From the NCBI GenBank assembly GCA_973895155.1, contig OZ316892.1, forward strand, positions 9,466,283 to 9,530,282: a stretch of 64,000 nt of DNA. Reading direction: 5' to 3'. Shown here in pieces: positions 45,205-56,483 of the stretch. The notes beneath the pieces are model-generated. The model had not been told where the DNA came from and searched no databases. It worked only from the letters and a program-made list of their open reading frames with translations. Both the position numbers and the translations under genes were made by a program. The stretch comes from Marsupella aquatica (taxonomy: Eukaryota > Plantae > Marchantiophyta). Position 1 is the first letter of the stretch, and every line of letters starts with the position of its first letter.

Positions 45205-47859
45205 CAGCCCTGGGCCCTCACTCTTAGCATATTAAGTGAACCCCCCCGAGAACAGAACCCCCCCCTTGTACCCCTTCTTAATATTTTTATTGTCATTAAA
45301 ATATCTCTTGTTAGTATAAAAATATTAATTTTCACTGTTAAATTTGACCCTTTTGTAACTTATAAAAGAGTTTTTTGAGTAATAGAAAACACCCTTGACT
45401 TTTTAAAATTATGAATGTCATATAACATGTAAACAATTCAAAAACATAGATGGTATTTATACCTGGACACTTGAGAGTGGATCCACTATGTTCAAGTATA
45501 CTTTTATATAGGTCAATAAAATTAGACCAAATAATAGTATCTTTGGTTGCTTATAGACCTCATAAAAGTGAACTAAATTAACACTAGAAGGATCTAACAA
45601 AGGGAAGATTATGCTCTACTACCCTGGTCAGGAGGAATAATGGCATGATTGTATACTAATGCTAAAATAATTTATCCTGAGATTGGGCTTGAGATAAATA
45701 GGGCACGCCTTCAACCCTTTGCACCAAATGTTCAGTAAAGTTCTTGGCAGTTTCTTTTGAACCTGATGCATCAAACCATAGATTAATAGTTGATTTTAGA
45801 CAATACTCATAACACAAGGAAATCATTACTCAGAAATATGGAAATAGTACCATCAGATTTTCTTTGGCTGTAATTATTACTTAGACATGGTGGGTAATTT
45901 TCCTGTCATCTCTGCAATCAAACAATTGATTACAATATAAGAGACAATATCAAAATCATATTCAAAGCCTTTCATAGTAATCACATACTTGAAAGGTACA
46001 TACAATAACATTGAAAGTTGCTTACCCTATTGTATAAGATTATTGAATTTTGTTTTTGGCAAAATTATCAAGAGCAACTGCATCATCTGGATGCAATTGA
46101 AAAATTCCTGGACATAGTGGATCCACTGTCAAGTGTACTGTTGATATAACACAGTCCAAATCGATGAATTGTGGATCACACACATTGTAGGCAAATTTAT
46201 GCCTACTAGTTCCAATCCGAGAAAACCATTGGAACATAATTTTACATGCCTCCTCACCACCAGGCCTATCAAGCAAATCCAAATCACTTCTTGCTCTGTC
46301 CATTTTCCCACCATATTTTTTGTGTATAGATTGAATTCTGCCTATCCACCACATATATTTTGGTGTCGTACTTGAAGACATTACCACAGCTGCACCTTTT
46401 GGTCTCTTTGGATTTGGAAGAGAATCGTCTGGTCTACTGCCACCTCTCTTTCCTCGTCCTTTTCCTCGCACTGTTCGTGAAATTGCTTCTGAACTTCTAG
46501 TTTCAGGAGCACTGTATGTATCATCTAGGAATAGTACTCCACAGTCGGAACCTACTGTAACAAACATTGTTTGAGCACTTGCTCTAACATTAGGTTTGTC
46601 CACTAAATTATTGAAGTAGTGATTTTGCTTTATCCGAGTTAATCTGTCTTTACTGAGGAGAGGGTTGAGGGTCAACTGGCTGACCAAAGTACTTTTGTAA
46701 ATTGATCAATTTCGGTATTCTACTGTTGGCTTCACATCCTGTTTTGCTGCTCCATATATCAAGTCAGAATGCATGATCCCCATGGTGGCCTCCATTTGAC
46801 CAGCAACTCCCTCTACATCTGGGTCTGTATATATCAAAAGTTGTTCTATTGGGATAGGAGACTCAGAGTCCTCTTCTGCAACTTCTGTTTGAGCCAATAA
46901 GGATGCACGCTCATGAGAGGTTGTTTGACCTTCCTCAGATTCCTCCACATCCCGCCCTCCATCTACTAATGTATCAACATTCACATCACACCAACTACCA
47001 AACTTGACCCCTTTAGCTTCCATCTTCCATGGGGAATTCCACCACACCTTGTCTCTGCAAGATGTCACTAGTACATTTTAGGGTCATTTACCGATATTTA
47101 CACCATCGGACGCCTTCGGAAAAATGCGACGCCATTTTTGAGGTTTCCGATTCTAACTGGATCGCTCTGTCCGATACTCCCAGAATCGGATACGGACCAT
47201 CGGACCTGTTTCGGACCACCCAATACCAATACTATCGGACATTGCATATCTAGTGCAATCGGATACATTAGCTGTCCGATGTCACAAGAGCCGGAAGAAG
47301 CCTCTCCTTGCACTAGGTGAAGATCTGTTGTCCGACAGTTATCCGTATGAATTTGCAAGGCATATTGCCTTAAAATCCCCATCGGACATTGCGATGGTGG
47401 AATCAATGGATGTTCCGATAGTGTTGGTATGGGAATTTGACATATAATTTGTATCGGAACATACGAAATGGAGGGATTCGGAAGCAATGGAGGGGTGCGA
47501 TAGGAGAAGTATCGAAAGATTACTCAGGAAAGACCTAGCTTCATTGCAACATTTGGTTTCTTGTGGGGATTTTTTCTGTTGGGGTTGAGGGTGGTTCTTG
47601 GGGGAATTTATGCAATACAACATAGAGGGATTTGTTAAAGATGTTGAAGAGGTATTTGAAAGACAATGCCAATAGAAGTAATTAACACAAGAAGGATATA
47701 TGGCCACAAAGGGTACTCAAACTCCAAAAGGGAAACATACCCCAAAATGTACAAGAGTGATCCAAGTACTGGGATCACAAAAGTAAGCACATCCAACTCC
47801 TAATCTCGTCTAAGTCTAAGGCTACGCAGTATGTCTCTATCTATCTAAGCTAGTCTAAG

Positions 47860-50800
47860 TCAAAATGGAGCATGTCGTCCCTTCCTCTTTTTGGAATGAG
47901 TCCGAGGTGGTGGGGGTACAATACTAGTCTGGGCAGGAGCCTGGGTGAATGGGGGCTCGTCCATGGTGACTTGGTCCACAACATCTGGCCCCTGTGTAGA
48001 GGTCATAGGAGGCACTGGACCCACGCCACCACCACCACCATATGACGCTAGGGAGTCATGGGAAGGTCCGCTCCCCCCACTTGCATGGCAAGTATGAAAG
48101 GAAGCTGCACCACCCCCACTAGCCCCATTGCCAACGGACTGCCGTGATGTACCACCCCCGCTCCCTCCTGAATGGCCAAGGGCAATATGAGCACCCCCAG
48201 TCTGGGTTGAAGGGTGAGAGACACCAACTCCACCGGCTGTACTCCCTCCTAACTGGCCAGGGGCAGGTCGACGACCCCCAATGCGGCCTGAGTGGTGAGA
48301 GACAACACCGACACTACCTCTACTCCCTCTACTCCCTCCTGACTGACCCTGAGCACTAACATCGCCCCCAATGCGGCCTGAGTGGTGAGACACACCACCG
48401 ACACTAGCTCTACTCCCTCCTGACTGACCAAGAGCAGTAACATCGCCCCCAATGTGGCGTGAGTGGGGAGAGACACCAGCAACACCACCACTCCCTCCTG
48501 ACTGGCCAGGGGCCCTAACACCACCCCCTGTCGAGCCTGAGTGACGAGAACCTCCCGAGCCACCCCCATCTGCACCAGAGTGCTGTGAGCCTCTAGAACA
48601 CCCTTCCCCATGAGGCTCTAATCGGCCAGACTCACCAACAGCATGTCGCTCATCTCGCGACACATGCCGAGTGCCTCGAATATCAGCTCTGCCACTAGCC
48701 CGTGACCGGCGCCGGGGACCCTCACCACCTGTGCCAGCAGCCCGTGAGTCACGTCTGCCACTAGATCCAACCCCTATGGCTCTAGGCTGGTGAGGGGTCC
48801 CACTAGCACCACCCCTACTGGTCCTAGTATATGTCGCACGAACATCCGCTATAGGGCCACGACGGGTCGACTGAAGAGCCCTAGCACTACCCCTAACTGT
48901 ATCAGACCGGCGAGGAGGGGGTATGGCCACAATCCCCTCCTCTGGGTCCGACGACTGTGAATCAGATTCGTCGGATCCCCCACTGCTATGCCCTGAGCCC
49001 TCGTCCGCCGAGTCCTCACCCTCCGATCCCTCCTCGTCTGAGCCCTGCATATATCCAACCAACCACCCAAATTAGTATACGCTTTTTAGAAATAAACTTC
49101 AACACCCCATTAAGACATTGCATTAAAAATAATCTCCTTACCGAACCCAGCTCCTCCTTCAAGTGAATCCGAAGAGCCCGTGGTCCTTGTTTCTTAGCCA
49201 ACTCCCTCTCTTTTGGCAATATTGGTCGCCCATGCTCGCGCTCCTGCCCCCCTCAAAAAATGCACCGACAACCAAATTAGTCCCAATTAGTGCCACCGGG
49301 TCACACCCCAATTAGATCCACACTGGATCACTCACCCCCAACATGTTTTAAAATGGACAATGGAACCAACCACGATAATCCGCAAGGGTAACCGTCAAAA
49401 AATTTGAAAATTCAAATTGTCCGATTACTTTCCGATTGTTTGTCCGATAGCATAAAGGTCGGATTGGAATCGGACACGACGTCCAAAAAAGCCATAGCAG
49501 TATTTCCGACTGTCCTTCCGATTCTACTACTATCGGACCACAATCGGAAATAGGGCCCCGACAAAAAAAGATGGAGTTATCGATCGCATGCATAGCGCGC
49601 TTGCAAGGCCCGCACGGCTTGACAATAAGAGGGGACTTTGGGCCGGGGCTCTTCAGGCAAAGAAGGGCCTCAGGTGATCAGGTGAATGGAGGGAAGAGCT
49701 TGGAGAGAGGAGGTGGAGTCTACTTACAAATTCTGCCTTGAGACGCAGCGACCCGCCCTGCCCCATTCTGTGAGTGACTACTGGGCTGTTCTCAACTCGA
49801 ATCAATGCCTTTTGCATATGTGAGGGAGGGTCCCCAAGCTGAATTGACTTTGCATCCCAATGTTGCAGGTTTTGATCAGCATGGCGGGTGTCAATAGTCT
49901 CCCCTACCTGGGCCCTCACTGCAAGGACTTCTAGCTCAGCTTGCCAGTATCTCCTTGCCTGCCAGGCTCGAACCTGCAGCTCGGTCTCAATCCAAGCTGG
50001 CCATACCTCCACAGGAATATCATTTGGGCACCCTTTTTGCCTGATCACCTCCTCACTGTCCTTGCACTCACCAAGGTACTTCCTCAGCTTCTCCCTGATG
50101 TGATTCCTTCTGTCTGCAAGGGATAGACTGATTTTCTTGTTTAAGAACCTGTCATCAATGAATGAGCCATTGCAAAAATGTTCCTTCACCTGCTCACGAA
50201 CTCTGAACTTCTCTCTTTCCTTTTTCTTCCCCCAGTAATCTAACACTCCAAAATGGGATCTAAGTACTTGCCCAAGCTGACTCCTGAAAAGATTATAGCT
50301 CTTGGCCCTCGGAGCTCCTCCCTCATTCAAATAAATTTTTGGCCTCTTGCTTCTCTCCTCTGCTCGCAGCTTCTCCTCCTCGGCTCTTTTCCTATCTGCA
50401 GCCCGTGCCTCTCTACGTAAGGCCTTCTCTCTCTCTCGTGGTGAGAGGGCCTCCACAGGTACAGTCTCCTTCTCCTCCCTTCTCTTCCTCTTCTTCTCTT
50501 TCTCCCTAGTACGCTGCCTCTCCTCAAATGTTTTCTGAGCTTCAGCAAGAACAGTGCTCCTAGAAGAGTCTAGCAATCCTTGTGTCAATGCAGCCACCTT
50601 TTGCGCATGCTCTATGGAGAGCCCTACCTGCTTATGGAAAATTGCAGCCATGATCTCCCCAAAGTCTTCTGATGGCCCTGCTCCATCCCCAGTAGCTCCT
50701 CCAGCCCCACCTTGTCCGGCTCCTGACCCTCCATCTCCACCATCTCCTTGCCCTCCAGCTGTTCCTCCGAATTCTATTCCTGTCCCTGCTCCTGCCCCTC

Positions 50801-50873
50801 CCCCAGCCCCTCCATCGCTCCCCTCCATAGCCATTTGCTCTTCGCTGCCGTGCGCCACGTGCTTGTTTTTCAC
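47860..50873 (-). CDS. TnpA-like/accessory protein of CACTA-C (exons about 50834-49726, 49245-49142, 49044-47860)
   Basis: Same layout as in CACTA-A/B (Gly-rich start, coiled coil, THRMGQGG, small middle exon); expanded Gly/Ser-rich repeat last exon ending RHAPF*. Confidence 0.7.
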
Positions 50874-51736
50874 AAAGACATGAACTCCCGACTGTTTTTC
50901 GATGCAAAGCCCGACTCAAGTGCGTTCGCACTTAGGTCGGGTGCCCTAAAAATGCTTCCAACTACTCATCCGATTCTATTTACATCGGAAATTCCCATTA
51001 AAACTGTATCGGAGATTGTATCGGATGAACATCGGACCCCTCCTGCGAAGCACTAACCTAAGGCTCTTCCGATATAGAGAACATGGTAAATGAAGTTGGT
51101 CTTTCTTTGGATGACACTACGTTGGTTCTATGTGTTGGCCAGGGGTTCTACGGATAGGGCGGACCATCGGAGCCGTGGTATCCCGAGTCACATGCATGAT
51201 TTTGGAGGTGGTTGGTATGTATAAGGGTTGCGGGTTATTGTTAAAGGTTACTCCAAATTTTTAGGGTGGCATTTAATTTGGAGTGCCAAATACAATTTGA
51301 CCTAGCTAACTTTATGCATCTTGCATTCGGAATTTTGCAGTTCCTTTTTGCGGAGGGTTAGGTTATTGCGATTATTTTGGGTCCATTTTTGCAATGCATC
51401 ATGCACAGTGAGAGCCCGCACATCTGAAAGGTATTACCACCTCTACAATGTGAGCTATATTTACTATGAAGCATTACCTATAATTACTATGAATTATTGA
51501 TATTGGTGTACCCCAATTAAGCTCAAGTGTACTTGTGCAGCAATTTCAGATTTGTCTTAGAATATAATCTAAGGCCAAGATCCTAGTCGGCACTGCAAAG
51601 CGCGGGTCTCATTCAGGTATTATTGATATGAAAACATCTATATGTTTTTTTTGCCTTCATATTTATTGCATTGGTCTTACATATTTAATTCCCACAATGG
51701 CACATAAAAGGTTATTTTTGTATGGGTGATGGACAG

Positions 51737-51970
51737 ATGTCTTCTTCCGAGAGTTCAGAGTCGGATTTTGACTCAACCTCTTCATCTTCTGAGGGGGACA
51801 TTCCTCCCCCCCCCCCTCCAAGGCTTCAATGTCCTCCTCCTCTAGGACCTATTCCATGTTGGTGTGCCCGATGTAAAGGCATGGTGGTTCGTCAAGCCTG
51901 GGAAGCCATTGAGCATATTGAGAACTATGGCAGACACGAGGGCAATTTACCAGGATATTCTACTCGCGAG
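51737..51970 (+). CDS. Exon 1 (Zn-ribbon-like) of the SET/TnpD gene of CACTA-C
   Basis: MSSSESS...CWCARC...HIENYG; phase-0 donor GTATGC at 51971. Confidence 0.78.
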
Positions 51971-52068
51971 GTATGCACAATTAATTGCTCTTGGAGACAT
52001 TGACATGTACAATTTGCCACATTGCACCCATACATTTATTAATTGTTGGTTTTTTTGTGATTGAATAG

Positions 52069-52985
52069 GTGCCTCGTAGGACCCCTCCTCCATTGGTCTC
52101 TAATGACTTATGGGTAAATACGCTTTTGGCTGGTGCAAGAGAGTTGCTTGCATCATCATCAGCTCCCTCTCCATCTAGCCCCCCCGTGTTCAGCCAGAGA
52201 GTGTAGCAGTTCCATCTAGGGTTGGACGCACCCGAGCACGTTCCCAGAGACAACGTCGCAGTTATGAACCCTTGCCAGGCACTCATGAGATTGAGGAGCA
52301 AGTTGTAGGCCGTACTCTTAGAGTGCCACCAGGAGAGGACTATGTGGAAGTGGAAGGGAGGTTGGGGTTGTCATATGTCACCGAGAAGGCATTGACAGTG
52401 TTGAAGGATTTCTCGTCTGATAGATTCAAAATACCCCCTGGCCTAACCACTGATACCCCTATCCACATATGGGGTCACCAATGGATAGTGAAGGCGTCTT
52501 CCCTTGGCCCTGACATAGGATTTGGGGTGTTTGCCTTGGAGGACATTGTGGTCCCGCCCAAGCCGTGGCCCCGAGGTTATGATGGTGAGCACCTATTTCC
52601 ATACATTGGTCCTGTGTATACTTCAAAAGGTTGGAACATTCTATTGCGCCAACACCCATCGTGGGGTGTCTATGCATTGCAAATGGATTCTGATCCAGAT
52701 GAGCTCATACGGAGGCCTTGGCATTCTCGGATGATTGATGGCGACCCTGTTCGCTCCGATAATATAGCTGGGTACATCAATAGTACTCGTGGTAGAGGGA
52801 GAGGACTTAGGCCTAATGTAGAGTGGATTCAGATATTTGGTCCACCTAGAGAGCCTTACTATGTAAAACATATGGATGATCATGTCATGACTGTAGCCAT
52901 TACAACCATTAGGGCTGGCCAGGAGTTGTTTTGTGACTATGAGTGGGATAGGCCCAAGAAAGCATTGCTTTCTCGCCCCATGTAG
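52069..52985 (+). CDS. SET-domain (lysine methyltransferase-like) exon of CACTA-C
   Basis: Full set of SET motifs: GFGVFALEDI, LFPYIG, IDGDP...NIAGYINST...RPN, IRAGQELFCDY. One frameshift in a C7 run at 52179-52185, upstream of the domain. Confidence 0.85.
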
Positions 52986-53227
52986 GGCAGACATATATGT
53001 ATATATACCACCTTTTTGTTTAACATAAAATACATGATACAGGTTTTCAAACTAAATTGGTTAGTTGTGTAAGTCAATCTTTGATCAAGGTTTGAAAGTA
53101 TACTAGTAGAATGTGTAAAGAGAATTGTAATTTTGCGGGGAAACCAAAAAGCCTATACCTTTAAACACTTGTCTCATTGCATGTGGCCCTTCTAATATAA
53201 TATGTATGTTAATTTGTGAAATGTTAG

Positions 53228-56200
53228 AATGCATATGTTCAACCAGATATGGGGGTATTATCACGAGCAATGCGGCAACACCTTGTTGAGGCCATGGGTG
53301 ATTGGCGTAGGGCTCAAGCATCAGAGAATGAAGATGCCCCTCCTGAGCATGTGTCTAATGCCACCGAAGATAGACTTGAGGAGGAGAGGGCCATGGATGA
53401 TCTTATGCACCAGTTCTATGACGTGGAGGATGGTGACCATGATATGGGTGATGCATTTGACACCAATGCACATCCTCATGGTGGCAATCCTTCACAAGGT
53501 TCTTCCTCTAGACAATGGGAGGAAGCTCGTGACCATGCGCAAACATGAATTTTTGAGGGGTCACAACTATCTCGGCTCTCAGGAATAATGTTATTGTTGA
53601 ACTTGCAGCAAAGACATGGAGCAAGCAATCTCCTTCTTGATGATCTCTTCAGGACCTTGCATAGTCGTATTTTGCCAGAAGGGAACTGCTTGCCTAGTTC
53701 ATGGAAAGCGGCAAAAAAGGTGTTGAAATCCATAGGCCTCAAATACGAAGTCATACATGCTTGTGTGAATGATTGTGTTCTGTTCAGGGGCGAACACAAA
53801 GATGCCACTACATGTCCTACATGTGACCAACCGAGGTATCGAGAGGACATGCTGACTGGAAAAGTAGCACAGAAGGTCATGAGGTATTTTCCTCTTATCC
53901 CCAGATTACGGCACCAGTACCGATGTGCAGAGTTGGCTGAGTATATGGTGTGGCATTCCAAGAACCGGTCAGATATGAGTTCAGATCGGCCAACCATGCG
54001 TATGATGGTGGACTCACTTGCAAGTAGGTTTGTGGAGGACCGATGGGGTGACTTCAAGACAGACCCACGTCATGTACGACTAGGTTTGGCATCAGATGGG
54101 ATCAGCCCCTTTGCATTGGCCGGGAAGGCCCAACCATACTCAGTTTGGCCAGTAGTCCTTACAAATTACAACATCCCTCCATGGATGGCCATGAAGAAAG
54201 GTCATTTGATGCTCTCAATGATTATCCCAGGCCCCAAGCAAGTAAAAAAGATTGATGTTTACTTGCAACCATTGTTGGAGGAGCTTCAACAACTATGGAG
54301 GGGAGTGGATTGCTATGATGGTCGAGTGCTGACGGGTGGTTTACCTCGTGAATTTAAATTAAAAGCCATCGTTATGTGGACCATACATGATCTTCCTGGT
54401 ATGTTAAAATATACCTTCCCCAATATTATGCATGGTTTTTTATGGTAGATAATACACTATAGGATAATGTTATATAAAAAAGTTTGTCTGGCTATTGTTT
54501 AATGTATTGATTGTGTGTGTTGTAGGATTTGGATATATCTCTGGGTTGCAGACATCAGGATACCGAGCCTGCCCAACTTGTGGTCCTGATTTGGAGGGAG
54601 TGGCACGCCCTAAGTCTACCACCCTACGGAAGATAGTTTACATTGGTCACACAAAGTATCTCCCCCCAGAGCATGAATGGAGGTGTGACCCATTCTTATA
54701 TGACACGGATGATGGCCAACCAGACACACGCCCTCAACCAGTGCCAAGGGATCCACACTATTGGAAGGAGGTATGGGATAGAGTGACAGACCCAGATGAT
54801 CCCTTACCATTGGCCTGGTGTGGCATGACTCATTTTTCTGCATTAATGTCAAAGCTGCCATATTGGGCTGAGATGCCAATTAACCATTTGTTTGACCCTA
54901 TGCATATTGAGGGGAACGTTGGGAGGTCATTGATTCGCCATCTATACGGAGAGAAAGACAACAACTGGAGAGAGAGTTGTGAGGAGATGGGGATGCATGG
55001 TCCTCATGGTTTTTGGCCATCTATGGATCCCCCTAATGGCCCCCTTACTATTCACCCTCCTTGGGTATTGACCAGAGGTGAGCGGATTGAGTTCCGCAAT
55101 CGTATAGGGTCAATGAGGTTTCCTACGGGCTACGGGGCCAATCTGCGCAAGGCATTTGGGGGACCAGACTGTCCACGTTGGCCAGCTTTCTTGAAGACCC
55201 ATGATTACCATCGTCTACTACAACATGTCATTCCAGTGGCCATCATTGGATTGGGTAGTGAGGATCTTCGTGATGCCCTGTGGTCATTAGGTAAGCTCTT
55301 GAGGTGGGTGTGTCAAAAAGAGGTGAATGAGGATGAGATTGCAGCTATGGACCTGTTTGGAGTGGAGGTATTGTGCAAGTTGGAGAGGGCACTCCCTCCT
55401 TCATTCTTTGATGGCCAAGTTCACTTCCTCCTACACCTAGTGCGTGAGGTTGGCATTGCAGGGCCGGTACATTGTCGTTGGATGTACTAGGTAGAGCGGT
55501 TTATGGGAGTGATGAAGTCATATGTGTCAAATCGTGCGAGAGTGGAAGGTAGCATCGCTGAGCGTCATCTTGGAGCAGAGAGCATGTTTTATTGTACAAA
55601 CATTGTAGCTACACTTGATCCCAGTGCACCAAGGGGGTGGATAGACGAGGCATCAAGGGAAGCCGACTTTGAAGATGACCGTCTTACAGGGGCAAAGGGA
55701 GAACGACTTTTGGGCTCAGCTGAGCGCCTTCAAGTCACTACATTTATGTTGTATAACTTGCCTGAGATTGCGGGAGATTGGACAAATTTTTATGAGGAGG
55801 AAAAGGCAAATAGTCATCGGCCACACATCTTCCCCAAGTTTGTCCCATACATGAGGGCAAAGTTGACCGAGATTGATGCCTTGTTGGAGCAAGGGGAGAG
55901 CGTGTCAGACTTCCATTTGGTTACAGACAGCCTTCGCACCTTGGTTCATGGACCATTACTCACGGTGACAACTCGGACCGCCATGTGGTCAAAGGGAAGG
56001 CATTTTTGTGTGCAACGGCTTGATGATAAGAGGGCAGCTACACAGGATTGTGGGGTCATGGGTTGGTTCACCCAAGATTCACAAAGTAGCACATCTGATA
56101 GGAATCCAATACGCTCTACAGTGGCCCACTATGGCAAGATTGAAGAGATATTGACAGTGCATTATCATGCACACACCACTTTGGAGGAGGTGGTGTTGAA

Positions 56201-56483
56201 GTGCAAATGGTTTTGGATGAACCTTGTTGGCCATAACCGAACTTGCAAAGAGGATGCTTGTGGGTTCACACGGTTGAAGACAGGTACAAATAGTGTCATT
56301 AGCTCAACTTGGAGAACCTCTGATCCATTTGCATTCCCCCACCATCTTGAGCAGGCCTTCTATCTTCCGTATCCCGATGATCCTGAGTGGTCCATTGTCA
56401 TGACTTATATTCCACAATCACGATCCATCATCCAGGAGCAACCCAATGTGGTTGTAGTTGAAGATTTGGACCCCGTGCCTTGA
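53228..56483 (+). pseudogene. CACTA TnpD/Tnp2 transposase of CACTA-C (exons 53228-54398 and 54526-56483)
   Basis: Motifs IHACVNDC, RLGLASDG, NIPPW, DPMHIEGN, KTHDYH, GPVHCRWMY and a DUF4216-like end; single-codon stops at 53546 and 55488. Confidence 0.94.
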
